A DNA stretch of 64,000 nucleotides from Octopus vulgaris (taxonomy: Eukaryota): positions 44,640,001-44,704,000 of the forward strand of contig OX597835.1 in the NCBI GenBank assembly GCA_951406725.2, given 5' to 3'. Below are positions 1 through 14,043 of this stretch, piece by piece; the stretch's first letter is position 1, and every line of letters begins with the position of its first letter. The position numbers and the translations under genes are program-made. Below the pieces are notes generated by a model, which worked only from the letters and a program-made list of their open reading frames with translations, was not told where the DNA came from and made no database searches.

Positions 1-263
1 AGGTTGGAAGTTCATGTTGTTGTTATGCCTAGTGTGCCATATATTTGGGTTTTTTATGTTTTGTACTAGTGAATGTCCTCCCCCACAAAAAAAAAAAATA
101 AATAAAAAATAAAAAAAAACGAAAATTGTATTTGTTTTAAACCCTGAGATTATATAAAATGTATTTTACGTAGGATATGAGCAGTTCCCATGAGCACTAT
201 CTTTTGAATTTCTGCCATTTTGGGTCTTCCTGGTATCTGAGTTAGGTAGCAATCAGCCCCTTG
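1..263 (-). mobile_element. 3' end of an R4/Dong-like RLE non-LTR retrotransposon, 5'-truncated at a (TAA)n tract
   Basis: Minus strand 263-150 translates QGADCYLTQIPGRPKMAEIQKIVLMGTAHILRKIHFI*, matching the C-terminus (IQKIALLG.AHILR) of the RLE ORF at 33754-34107. It abuts (TTA)n at 264-290. Confidence 0.75.
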
Positions 264-307
264 TTATTATTATTATTATTATTATTATTAACCCCTACAT
301 CGTATGC

Positions 308-598
308 CACGGGCATATAGCATCGTGGTTAAGAGCGCGGGCTTCTAAAACCAAGATTCCGAGTTCGATTCCAGGCAGTAACCTGAATAATAATGATAGT
401 AAAAACAACAACAACAACAACAACAACAATAATAATAATAACATCGAAAAATACCATAGGAATAAGAACCTAGGTTCGAAATTTACCCAAAACACCTGAT
501 GAAGGCTGGAGGGTATATCAGCCGAAACGTTGTGTTAACAAAGATGAGGACAAATATCCATCAAATGTAAATAATGTAAATAACGTAAATAATGTAAA
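308..598 (+). mobile_element. tRNA-derived SINE carrying a hammerhead-ribozyme motif (copy 1)
   Basis: tRNA-like head with A box (TAGCATCGTGGTTAAG) and B box (GAGTTCGATTCC, 361-372), an (AAC/AAT)n linker, an HHR motif at 491-536 and an (ATGTAAATA)n tail. A homologous copy lies at 19710-19941 on the minus strand. Confidence 0.8.
491..536 (+). ncRNA. Minimal type I hammerhead ribozyme motif (Penelope-type, palindromic stem III)
   Basis: Stem I AACAC/GTGTT, core CTGATGA, extra A, stem II GGCTGG/TCAGCC, GAAA, palindrome AACGTT, UH = UU (530-531). Confidence 0.7.
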
Positions 599-1811
599 TT
601 CACCCTAAGCTTCATTGATGAGTTCAGAACAATACTAATACATTACAGGAGTTGTCTCCCGCACTTTCGGGATTAATGAAAATTACATTAGTCATTGACT
701 AATAGCATTCTTTTTGTTCCTTACTCACATAATTACTTGCAAGGAAGTTAAAACTTTGGTATGAATTATATTAAGAGAATTTATGTAAATAATGGCATTA
801 CTATAGTTTCATACATCTTGAACTATGTTCTATAAATACTTATATTATTTTGTGAGATATCTAAGAGTTCACATATGGAGGGAGGAAATAAAATGTTATG
901 TTTAATATTTCCATATAATTCATAAAGTGGAGGTGGAGCGCAAATATTTGTAAATCCCGAAATGCCTAGCTGCAATTTTCCAAATTCTGAATATACATCA
1001 ATACCATAAAATAAATTTCAATAAATTAAAGAAAATGATGGTTCCAATAATTATAAACATTCACATAGAGTACCTGAACACTTGACTATTATTTTTAGAG
1101 CATCGTATCTTATTACGCCTAGCATAATAAGCGTTCCATTCCGTACCTGTATCATGGAAATTTCCCCTCTTTTCAAGAAAAAGGAAAGACAGATTTCAGG
1201 GAGTTTCGCTGCAATTCCTTACATGTAAGACAACCTCTCACAGGATGATTTATCGACCCTGATTGAAATCAGAATTTAAAGAAACGGAAAAAAAAAACCA
1301 CCGGAACTGCATTTACACCACCAATTTTACTCTTCTGTCAATTTCAACCGGAACAAATCTGTCAAAACTCTTTGGATTCACATAGATTTCTGAGCAGATA
1401 TATATTTTTTTTCTGGCGTATTGCTTAAAGCACTAAAGGGATTTGCTGGTTGCGCTTTTATCAATTTTACAGATAAGGATTTGAATAGTTCATTCTCGTA
1501 GGATTGCAACTCTGAACAAATAATTAAGACTAAAGTTTCACTAGAAATATAAAAAAAATACTTATTGATGTTTGTTAGAACTAACAGAAAAGTCGTTGCT
1601 ATTCACCGGATATGTGTATGTTAGATATTTACTTAATACATACGTACAGAGAAAAAGTGAGACAGCTACAGAGTGTAATGCTAATGTATAGACGTATACA
1701 CACAATTTAGAAATAAAAATAGCTTCAGTATGGTGTTAGATATACTCATAAACCCACACATATAAACACACACATACATATCTGTCAGTCGATTTGCCTG
1801 TCTGCCAACAA

Positions 1812-2207
<396 letters not shown>

Positions 2208-2679
2208 TTTGGTGAGAGAAATATGAAAATAGAGGTTGCTATATATGCATACATATACACGCATGTAAATATACACACACACGCACACACAAACACAAAC
2301 ACACGCACATACAAACACACGCACATACATATATGTATGTATCTTAAAATATATATCATAATTGTTATGCATATCTTTTAGGCATACACTTATATATACA
2401 CATCTACGCGCGTATTTTCTATAGATATGAAAACATACGCACGCACACAGCGCCACATAACCCGCGTATTTTCCGTACAAACCCACAGACTTATATATGC
2501 ATACATGTGTTTGAAAGAGATTAATATTCATATATGACTGCAAACACTCGCAAAAAAAAAAAATTACAAGCACTTGCATATACCATAGCGCAGCGGAATA
2601 GTCATCGCTCTATGAATTCTTCCTTTAGTTATACAAAAACGATCGTGTGTCCCTCTGTGAGTATATGTAATCAAACATA

Positions 2680-3080
2680 TCTGTTTGTATGGATATATGC
2701 ATATGCGTATACGTGTAAATACATACACAAATGTGCATGCATACACACACTTATATATCTATATATATACGCAAACACATTCATACAGACAATATATATA
2801 TATATATATATATACATATGTACGTGTGTGTGCCTCTGTATGAGTGTCTGTGCGTGTGCATGTATGTGTATGTATATATATGTGCATATATATATATATA
2901 TATATACAAATATATATTTGTATATATATATATGTATGTATATATATATATATATATATACACACACATATGCACATATATATATGTATGTATGTGTGTG
3001 TGTGTCTATGTATGTGTATGTATATAGATATACATTCGAGTGTGTCTCTCTAAATATATATATATGTGCATATATATTCA

Positions 3081-3119
<39 letters not shown>

Positions 3120-3746
3120 ATGTGTGTGTGTGTGTATGTATGTATATCTATCTATCTATATCTATCTACATGTACATATATGTACACACACACACATAGA
3201 GAGAGAGTGAGTGTGTGATGGGGAAGGAGAGATTGACATAATTATTGACATATATATGCAGGAAAGTGTACCTATATGTATATACATACATATATATATA
3301 TATATATATACACATACATATATATATACATACATATATATATATATATATTGATATACATAATCATATGAATATATATGCAAGCACACACACACACACA
3401 CAGCCATTCACACATGTAGTAAATCATAAAGGTTTCTTTCTAAAACACTATTCTGCACATGACGTTCCTCATATCTTTAGGTCTTTTGCAGAGATTAGTT
3501 ACACACATTTCACCCCATTTCATTTTCCCTCGCTTCTCTACTCTTCCCATTATCGAAGCTTGCCTGCTCTAACACTTCTCTCGCGGCATTTACTCACAAC
3601 TGCTCTCTATAAACATACACGTCTCTCTAAAGTACTACCGTAGCCGAAAGACTACAAGCTATGCTTCCGTAATTCGCTGATTTAATTATGGAATGCCAAA
3701 TCACGTTTGTTTGTCTTAAGCGCCATTTTGTATAGATGTATATATA

Positions 3747-3793
<47 letters not shown>

Positions 3794-3913
3794 CTGCATG
3801 TACATAAGTGTGTGTATAGAGAGAGGGGGAGGGAGGGAAAAGGAGGCATATAGCTAGATAGATATTCTTTTCTTCTCGGTCCATAATTATCTTTTTCTCA
3901 CTTCCTCCCTTTT

Positions 3914-3976
<63 letters not shown>

Positions 3977-4019
3977 ATATATGTATATACGTATATATAT
4001 ATATATATTTGTATCCATG

Positions 4020-4064
<45 letters not shown>

Positions 4065-4075
4065 TTGTATGCATG

Positions 4076-4117
<42 letters not shown>

Positions 4118-4290
4118 TACATGAATATTTATACCTCTTTATTCATCGTGTCTCCACATTTTCCCTTTGCCATCTTACAATACATGCACACACAAATAAA
4201 TACATATATACGTGTATAAACACACACACACACACACACACGCACCCACGCACCCACGCTCACATAGAGATAGATAGATAGATAAATGGA
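2680..4290. repeat. (TA)n/(TG)n/(CA)n/(CT)n microsatellite-rich low-complexity region
   Basis: Seen directly; source of the YI/CV/HT pseudo-ORFs. Confidence 0.9.
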
Positions 4291-4650
4291 TAGGCCGACA
4301 GTTATATACGTATGTAAGAGCATAAAATATCCTCTCACAATATGCGAAAGTTTACCTTGATCCGTCAGTAAATCTAGTTGGATGTTAGTTTCATGTTTCT
4401 GCCCGCGTAAACATTGTTACTCAGCTGGGAGTGAAAGTGAAAGAAAACTGAACTGAAGCGTGATAAAGTAAGGAAACAGAACAAGAGTTCAACATAATCA
4501 CGTTTTTCATTTTCAGGTATTATCTCTATAGCTTACAGTTTAAATCGAGAGCCCCAGCGGCACTTCTTTCTCTACCGTTGATTTATATTAAATCCTTGAG
4601 AGATTCAAAAATATCCTTGAGAGATACCAAGGAATGTTATACCTTTATAT

Positions 4651-4868
4651 TATTGGTTTCAAAAACTTGATACAAAACAGGCAATTGCGTGGGAAATAGG
4701 CAGTCGATCATTTCGACCCCAGTGTTCAGCTGGTACTCTATTTTATCGACCCCGAAAGGATGAAAGGCAAAGTTGACCGCGGTGGAATTCGAACTCAGAA
4801 TGTAAAGACGAACGAAACAGAGTAAAGCATTTTATCCATCGTATTAATGATTTTCCCAACTCGCCCTT
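4651..4868 (-). mobile_element. SINE family C (GGCGGCGAGCTGGCAGAA head, GTCGACTTTGCCTTTCATCCTTTCGGGGTCGAT core), diverged copy
   Basis: Reverse complement of the copies at 32801 and 40886; B-box-like GAGTTCGAATTCC. Confidence 0.8.
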
Positions 4869-5431
4869 TGTCTCGTTGGACAGCATAATGATTAATTAAT
4901 TAGTGAATCAGTAGTAGTAGTAGTAGTAATCATAGCAGTGGTGGTGGTAGTTGTATTTGTAATAGTAGAATTAATAGTGGTGCAACTAGTTACAGAACCA
5001 TCAACATGGAAATGATATTATGAATGGCCGGGTTCTTACCGTTGTCTTGTTTTATTTCCAACCTCACATTAATTCTAGACAAACACACCTCTGAGTCAAA
5101 GATGGTCCCACGGCAACCATCCTAACATTAGACTTGTCTTAGAATGCATCATGTGATTTAAACTGAATAACAACGCGATACATTAGATTCTAACTTATCG
5201 TTCCATCTTATTCATCGTTAGCATGGAAATCATGGAAAATTTGACTGTTATTTCGTGCTGAACATGTTAATGGATTACGCCTTTACCATTCGTTCGTTGT
5301 ATTTGCTGTTGGTATTAAATAAAATAATTAAAACGAGATATCTCAAGGTATCCAGTGGTATAAAGTTGGATAATAAAATACCCTTGGCAGAGAATGTAGT
5401 GCAACTTTTTCCATATAAAATTGTTCATGTG

Positions 5432-5650
5432 AAGGTGCGTGACTTTGTGGTTAATGAACTCGGCTCACGATCGTCAGGTTATGAGTTCAATACCCGGGGG
5501 TGTGTTGTGCCCTTCAGCAACCCAGTTTATTTCAAGTTGCTGCCGAACACGTAGCTGGCGTAGATGAATAGTAACTGTATTCCAAAGGATCAGCCTTGTT
5601 CCTTCTTTGTCTTGCTGAACCCTTGTCGTCGTAACCGACGGGGAACCAGT
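5432..5650 (+). mobile_element. SINE with head H2 and tail T1, diverged and internally deleted
   Basis: tRNA-like head (GAGTTCAATACC), CORE-like GTGTTGTGCCCTTCAGCAA, and tail CCCTTGTCGTCGTAACCGACGG shared with the 47226-47556 copy. Confidence 0.7.
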
Positions 5651-6103
5651 CTTTAAATAATTGTTCGTAATGTTAGGAATTTAGAAGGACAATGCTATTC
5701 TGATAAAGCCATGCCAATACCAATATCTCTCCATACCAATTCCTTGCCTCCAAGAAACGACAAATATCTCCTTTATTTCTTAATAAGTTTACTGGGGTGT
5801 GAAATTAGATTTAATTTCTTGTAATTATCTCTTTTTGACTCATTCAGCGTTGCTTGAAATTATGGTATGTGATTTGCTTTCCATGGGCATCGACTCACCT
5901 GCACACACAAATATACACACGTACACACACACGTAAAATCACACACGTACATATACATACATACACACACACGTACATACATACACGTACACACACTCAT
6001 ATAATAATTGTAAACAAAGATCACAAGGACAATTTAAAGAAATCATTAGAATTGTCTTACAGCTGTTTCTGTGTTTTAAGCGCAAACTTGATCAACGATC
6101 AAA

Positions 6104-6617
6104 TCTATATATATAAAACTGTAGTTGTGTGAGTGTCTGTCCCCTTCGATTTAGATTCCTAACTACTCCCACATTTTGCGGTGCAGTTTAACCAAATTCG
6201 GGTATCTTATAGTCGTGATTCATATCGAGCCCGTCTGAGTATTAGCGCGCGTCTACGATGAGTCTACGATTTTAAAAATAATTTAACATCATTTTTTATT
6301 CCATTTTAATGCATAATTTTTCGTGTGTCGATGGCGGCGGAGTTGGTGTCCGCGCTCAAACACCTGCACCTGTTTGCTTCTCCCCTTCTTCCTTCCCTCG
6401 TGAAGCTGTGGAGAAGGGAGTGTAAGGAAATCAACGTCGTAAAGCGTTGTCAAGGAGACCAGCGTTCTTTTAGAACAACGACTTCATGGCTTGAAGACAC
6501 CAAAACAGAAATGGCTAAGAAAGCCCGAATTGGCATCTATAAGGGAAGTAACTCTCTAAAAATGCTTATATAGTTATTTCCCTTACAAACCCGAGCAATG
6601 CCGGGCGATACTGCTAG
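6104..6617 (+). mobile_element. Non-autonomous Helitron
   Basis: 5' TCTATATATATAAAA, subterminal hairpin CCCG-AGCAATGC-CGGG, 3' CTAG, inserted between A and T. A second copy lies at 54788-55079. Confidence 0.85.
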
Positions 6618-7179
6618 TAATTTATACATAAGAAATACGTATATTGGCTTCTAATGTCGAACGTGCATAGGTAGGTATAATAATCCGCACAATTATAATA
6701 ACCATAGCGATCTGGGCACATTAGCGAAGGACCAGAGAAATGTTATGTCCATAATTTAATGTATATCTCCATTACATTACAAGAGATATAACAAAGAAGT
6801 GGGCATATAAATAAAAATCTTCAACGTTAGTTACTGGACCACTTCTTTCATAAAACTAATTACGAACGAGAATATATGCATGTTACCGTTTTTGACAACT
6901 TCTTCCCTTCACAAGGTAGCACCATAAGCACAGCCCACATCCTTGGCTTGATATCATATATTTTATAGACTCTGGATAAATGAAAGATAAAACTGCAAAA
7001 AATGAATATAATAGATATAAAAGAGAATAAGAGTCGATTAAAAATCGGAGGAAAACCAGTAAAACTCTTCATTCTTTGAAGTATGCAAATACATAGAAAG
7101 AAGAGGTTGAAGGTATTCGACATCTATCAGGTGAATGTAGAGACTAGAGATAGTAAAACGCTCGCATAGGCTCTTCTCC

Positions 7180-7223
<44 letters not shown>

Positions 7224-7424
7224 TTCTCTCTCACTCTCTTTCTCGCAGTCTCTACGAGCACATACGTATATAATACGTATATATTATATAGATTTTATAG
7301 GTTGATACATGTTTGCATGTATGTATAATAAACAGGTTTTCATGCATCTATTTATCTGCCTGTCTGTCTCTCTATCTGTCTCTTTGCCTGTCTGCTCGGC
7401 TGCCTGTCTGCTCGGCTGCCTGCC

Positions 7425-7476
<52 letters not shown>

Positions 7477-7479
7477 GAT

Positions 7480-9600
7480 CCACGTTTCCAACTGTCTGAA
7501 AGGTACCGACTAGACCACCCGAATGCGCCAATGTGGACATGGAGCAACCGCATCGGGTCGTCCAGATCGCATTTAGTTACAGTATTCTTTAGGACAGTGG
7601 ATAAGGATAGTGTACGTTGTGCACACTTCCATATATTCAGCTACACAGATCACAAAATTGTGACTTGTACACTCGACTTAGATAAGACACATAGGCAGGA
7701 TCCCGGTTACTGGTAGCTGAACGCTTTGTTCAAGGTACGCTAGACTGGATTAGCACATTAGTTAAGAGAGCATTGACGGGCACCATCGTCAACAATAAAT
7801 GGTAGTATGCCCTAAAGAAAGCAATTAGAGCAGAATCGGTTAGGTACAGTAAGGCCCTAGCATTAGGCTGAAATAGAATAGAGGAAGACCTAGTTAGGAA
7901 ATTGGAAGTGGCACTGCGTCCAGCCTTGTCCATTCTTTGTCTTGCTGAACCCTTGTCGCCGTAACCGACGGGGTGCGAGTCTTTAAATACTTGTTTATAA
8001 TGTTAGGAATTTAGAAGGACAATGCAATTCTGATAAACCTAAGCCAATACCAATATCTGACCATACCGATCCCTTGCCACCACTGACTGGCATTGCGTCC
8101 AACGTACTGGCGGTGACATGAGTCCTCGACCAACACTTCAACGCCAAACACGAAGGATGCGTTCCCAGAGCTAGGATGCGCGCTCTGAGGAACGAAGGAG
8201 TTGGAACTACTCAAGACGCCCGAGTGGCGGAGGCGCAACGATGCAACAAAGCCACCATTAGGTGTCGGACAGATGAGCAAGAGCGCGAATTACACGAGCT
8301 TGAAAAAATGTGTGAGGCCTTTCAACAGCAATTTGCCCGACTGTTCAGGACAACTAGTGGATCAGAACGCAGAGTGGTTTTTAGTGCCTACCTGCATGGC
8401 CTGCCACGACTCTGGGCAAGAGAGGCAGAGTGTTGTGAAGGACCCGTCACAGCCGCGAACGTACGGGACGCGATGGTAGGTTGCGTGGGGGACAAGTCGC
8501 CAGGCTTGGATGCTCTGTCCGACGAACTTTATTGTCATATGCCAGACTTATTTGGAGTCTTCTTGGCAGTGGTCTACTGCAACTGGCAGCAAAACGAGGG
8601 CATCCCGGTTTCTGTGAAGCGAGGAGCGGTGGCTATAGAAAAATCCAAACAAGGGGAACGTCATAGATACCTTCAGGCCCATCACTGTGCTTAACGCAAA
8701 TTTGAAGATTAGGGCTAAGTTGTTAGCCGAAAGTTGGTACTTATCATCGAGAAACTAGTGGACAAGGCGAGCTCGTGCAGCGTGCTGGGCAGGAGTATCC
8801 ATGACAATCTCCATCTGATGCGCTACATCATAGACAGGGTAGTTAAGGCACCTGGCATTGGTGGGGCGCTGATCCATTTGGATCAATCAAAAGCTTAGAG
8901 CATCGCTTCTTGGAGGGTGTCCTTACAGCGGTTGGTTTCGTTCCCATCTTCTGCAGTGGGATGGCTGCCTTATACAGAGCCATCTCTTCAGTAGTTCGCG
9001 TAAACGGTCATCTGTCCAAACCATTTAATGTCACGTGTTCGGTCCGATAATGATGACCCTCTCATCGCTTCTTTACGAATTGACTCTAGAGCCACTGCTG
9101 CGGAAGCTGGTGATGCTGAGGGGCACCCTGCGAAAGAATTGGGATGCGGGAGGAGCGTGTGTGCATACGCGGACCCCGTCACCGTGATAATGCCGATCCA
9201 CAGGCACATCATAAACCGCTAAATGGAGGGCTAGGCATACATACCGCGGTTGATGATGCGCAGACTCCGGTGCTTCATGGATGACGGTGAACAGGTGTGG
9301 TCGCCGTTTGTGAGGCGCGCTTTCCTCAAGCACTGTTTGGCCGAACTGCAATCGTGGATCAAACAGAGACCAAGGCTAGGCAAATAGCACCGCGAGTGCC
9401 TCCTTTCTATCAAGCAACTCTGCCGTCCAGGACCAAACTTGCGCGACCTGAATTACACGAATGCGTTCTATAGAAGATTAGTGGAGGGGGGTGCGACGAT
9501 GTTCTCGGGCAGAATCTGGGCGTCGATTGGGAATACCTGACCTGCCTATTCAGGACAACCTTCAAACCGGGAACTAAGGACAATCACCAGAGATTCTTGG
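7480..9600 (+). pseudogene. Degraded L1/Tx1-clade LINE ORF2 (APE C-terminus plus RT), frameshifted and interrupted
   Basis: Motifs WTWSNRIGSSRS..., YTDHKIV, GYW*LN, KSPGLDA, RPITVLN, GRSIHDNLHLMRY, LDQSKA and AYADPVTV in shifting frames with stops. Confidence 0.85.
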
Positions 9601-9789
9601 TCTGATAGTACTATCTGCTCTCGACCATACAAGGACCTAAAATAATTAGCCAAAACACAGTGCATGTTTATCCAGCCATACTCATCCGTGAGAAACGGTT
9701 GGTTGTATTGTAGTATACTGTTGCACATTTACAGACAAAGTAGGGACTGGAATTTCATACAGAGTAAAGAATATTTGTAGGCCCAAATA

Positions 9790-10040
9790 AAAACAGAAAC
9801 GAAATGATACAAGCATAAATCGTAAAGAGATTAAGAATATCACCACGTGACAATGAATATTACGGGGTATTGCAATTCAAAAAGCTGAACAAAATTATAA
9901 AGATACTGCAAAGTGAACATCCGGAAAGGAAGTGTCTTCTAATAGAAATGTTGCTTCAAAAAAGAATTTATCTAAATATAAAAAAATCTGGAAATAGAGA
10001 TAGCCAGGACGTGGATATTGAAATCAGAGACAACGCTGAT
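9790..10040 (+). mobile_element. Highly decayed R4/Dong-like RLE fragment
   Basis: Remnants RKCLLIEM and LSKYK.LEIEIARTW.LKSET, homologous to 33754-34107. Confidence 0.55.
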
Positions 10041-10333
10041 GACAAAACGTGCCTTTGGTGTGATTAATGGAAGATACGCACAAATAAATAAGCAAAATCG
10101 AAGGATTTACACATATAAAGAATAAGGAGAGCATATGAAAACAATGCAATCATCTCTTTAGTTCAAAACGGGGAAAAAAAAATCAGAAAGAACAAGAATC
10201 ATTCCTCATAAGTAAATCACACAGAGTAGTGCTTAGTTGTTTGGGGAAAGAATGCAATAAAAATAAGATTAGATTAAAACAAAAATGATATCATAATAAT
10301 AACAACAACAACTATGACGATGATGGTGATGGA

Positions 10334-10387
<54 letters not shown>

Positions 10388-10585
10388 TATTATTATTATT
10401 GTTATTATTATTATGATGATGATGATGATGATGATGATTATGATGACAATGATGACGATTATGATGATGATAATATATTCTGTAATTCAATCCACCATCT
10501 GTTTTTATGTAATTCTATATTATGTGACAAAGACATCGTTACTAAATAGAAATATGGCAGAAATTTAATATATACATGCCACACA

Positions 10586-10632
<47 letters not shown>

Positions 10633-11115
10633 ACACACACACTCACACACAGACACACACACACACACACACAGACACAGACACACACATGTCTTGTGGA
10701 ATATAATGGTATATATTGTCAGGAGGGCATTTGGAATCGCCAACTTTCATTTATGTTTGTATCTGTAGAGGATTACGTACACACCAACAGACGCACACAC
10801 TCAAACACACAAACATAGACACGCAGAAAGAAGAAAAAAAACAGCAGTTTATAAATATATCGAGTGATTGCTGTTTGTAAAGAATATAAATGCAAATCTC
10901 TTGTAAAATGTAAAAACAAGCAATTTTTATTTTATTTTTTTACAAGTATTAAACTTCACGTATTGTAAAATTTATCATTTCTTTTTCGAGTGAAATACTT
11001 TCGTCGTGAATTTTTTTGGAAAGAAAACATTTCTTATGAGAGGAGAGAGAGAGAGAGAGAGAGAAATATAGAGATATCAAGAGTGAGAGATTGAGAGAGA
11101 GAGAGAGAGAGAGAG

Positions 11116-11264
11116 ATGGGGAAGAGACTCACGAAAAGGAAGACTACGAGCAGAGAGAGAAAATTAGAGGGAGAAAAAGCGTTGAGACACAGAGCGCGAA
11201 AGGGATAGATAGATACATAGATAGATTGATAGATAGATAGATAGATAGATAGGGAGAGAGAGAG

Positions 11265-11318
<54 letters not shown>

Positions 11319-11458
11319 GGAAGAGACTCACGAAAAGGAAGACTACGAGCAGAGAGAGAAAATTAGAGGGAAAAAAAAGCGTTGAGACACAGAGCGCGAA
11401 AGGGATAGATAGATACATAGATAGATTGATAGATAGATAGATATATAGATAGGGAGAG

Positions 11459-11547
<89 letters not shown>

Positions 11548-11560
11548 GATAGATAGATGG
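11116..11560. repeat. Tandem duplication of an ~199-bp unit (unique core plus GATA/GA microsatellite)
   Basis: ATGGGGAAGAGACTCACGAAAAGG...GCGCGAAAGGGATAGAT occurs at 11116 and 11315. Confidence 0.9.
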
Positions 11561-11879
11561 TAAGAGTTTGTAAGAGAGAGAGCAAAAAGGTTTTAGAACA
11601 TATATTTTCCATTTTGATTCGTTCATGATCTGCTGCGGATTTTTCTTTCTGATAATAAATCTATCGAAGAGGGCGGCGCCAGTGGAAGCGGGGGGGGGAG
11701 CGGCTGTTGTAGAATTGCTGGTAGAGATGTAGCCGATCTTGTTAATATCAATGGCGGCCTTGGTGGTGGATGCTTCACCATTAAATACGGTTTTGATGGC
11801 TTCATGTTCACAGAATTCAATTTGCATATAATGTATCTTAGACAAAAATCTCTCATTTCTTCTTCTTTTTGAAACGAAT

Positions 11880-12046
<167 letters not shown>

Positions 12047-12251
12047 TTTTCATTTTATTCACAGCAGATTAATATCAGCGCGTTTAGTCGGCAAGCAGCA
12101 AGATACCACATAGATGCGATCGTTCTATAGAAATTTTTACATATCTGCTATCATGGTAACATATATTACCAAGACGAGTGAGTGTTTGGTCGTGTTTGGA
12201 TGTAAGGATACGTATATGTATAAAACACGAACATATATATATATATATACG

Positions 12252-12287
<36 letters not shown>

Positions 12288-12350
12288 CATATATACGTAG
12301 ATACATGTACATATATATATATATATATGCATACATACGTACACACACAC

Positions 12351-12383
<33 letters not shown>

Positions 12384-12493
12384 CATATATACACACACAC
12401 ACATATATATATATATACATAAATACACACACACACACACATATATATACATACATATACATACATATATATATATACATACATATACATATG

Positions 12494-12543
<50 letters not shown>

Positions 12544-12807
12544 TGTATATATATATATACATGCATATGTAACGCTGACGTTAATCTCTATTATTACTCG
12601 GTGTTCGCGTATCACTGATTACATAAAAGTTACACGTTCTGCGACAGTCGCGCAGATTCTGAAGACTAAAACAATGTAATCTCTGAAGTAGAACAAAAGA
12701 AATGCTGTGTGTACTTCTGTTCTTTTGCTTAAGAGAAATCCCTTCTTCTTGACTAAGAAGGAACGTTGAAGCACACATACACATTTACCTAACGACATAT
12801 ATTCCAA

Positions 12808-12849
<42 letters not shown>

Positions 12850-12888
12850 GATAGATAGATATATGTATATGTGTATAATACATGCGTA

Positions 12889-12924
<36 letters not shown>

Positions 12925-12929
12925 AAGCA

Positions 12930-13273
12930 TACGACGACGAGAGTTCCGGTTGATCCGAATGAACGGAACAGCCTGCTCGAGAAATTAACGTGTAAGTGAC
13001 TGAGCAATCCACAGACACGTGTACCCTTAACGTAGTTCTCGGGGATATTCAGCGTGACACAGAGAGTGACAAGGCCGGCCCTTTCAAATACAGGTACAAC
13101 AGAAACAGGAAGTAAGAGTGAGAGAAAGTTGTGGTGAAAGAGTACAGCAGGGATCACCACCATCCCCTGCCGGAGCCTCGTGGAGCGTTAGGTGTTTTCG
13201 CTCAATAAACACTCACAACGCCCGGTCTGGGAATGGAAACCGCGATCCTATGACCGCGAGTCGGCTGCCCTAA

Positions 13274-13277
<4 letters not shown>
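12930..13277 (-). mobile_element. SINE with head H1 and tail T1
   Basis: Reverse complement of the 46483-46798 copy (GGTTAGGGCAG...GACCGGGCGTTGTGAGTG...GAGAACTACGTTAAGGGTACACGTG). Confidence 0.85.
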
Positions 13278-13332
<55 letters not shown>

Positions 13333-13353
<21 letters not shown>

Positions 13354-13655
13354 CTTACTTGGAAGAAGAAGACAACGGCGCGTGCGTTCGATCATATAAT
13401 AACAATTTAATAAATAAAACATATACATATATGTACATACCTACATCTATATGTGTATATATGTATATTTATATGTATACATGCATATATGGGTGCATGA
13501 CACCACAAATAAATGTAGAACACAACGAGAAACGAAAACATAAAACAACACATGGAAACGCACTTTTTTTAACAACGAAAAAACAAGACAAACAACAGAG
13601 GGAACATTCCCCTTCTTCAGCTGCCCCTGTTTCGACTCATTGCGTGTTTCGAAGA
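13333..13655 (-). mobile_element. Fragment of the putative Penelope-like pLTR family also present at 61688-62140
   Basis: Reverse complement aligns with 61690-61970 (TTTTCGTTTCTC.TTGTGTTC..., TTCCAAGTAAGTT); embedded in (TA)n. Confidence 0.6.
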
Positions 13656-13961
13656 TATATATATATATATAGTAAATGCTAGAGTAAGCTAGATGCATTA
13701 TTGCTCTCAACGATCATTTTGATGCATCCTCCTTCGATCCTTCGCGGGTGGGGTAGTATGCAACTGGATATGGTGCGTCCCTCGCTGTCGACGTATTTCC
13801 TTAGGTGATGTTGTAAGGTCTATCCCTTTAAAAAAAATACTGTTTCGCTCGGTTTTAATACAGCATGTTTCAGTAATAGAAAGTGTAAGCCTATTACATT
13901 TGGTAGTGTGGGCATGCTGTGAATGACAGCATGCTCATTTTAAGACTCATACAAATGCACA

Positions 13962-14043
<82 letters not shown>

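Noticed and set aside
8176-8694. 172-aa ORF as a host gene
   Set aside because: It is a frameshifted piece of the decayed Tx1/L1-like ORF2.
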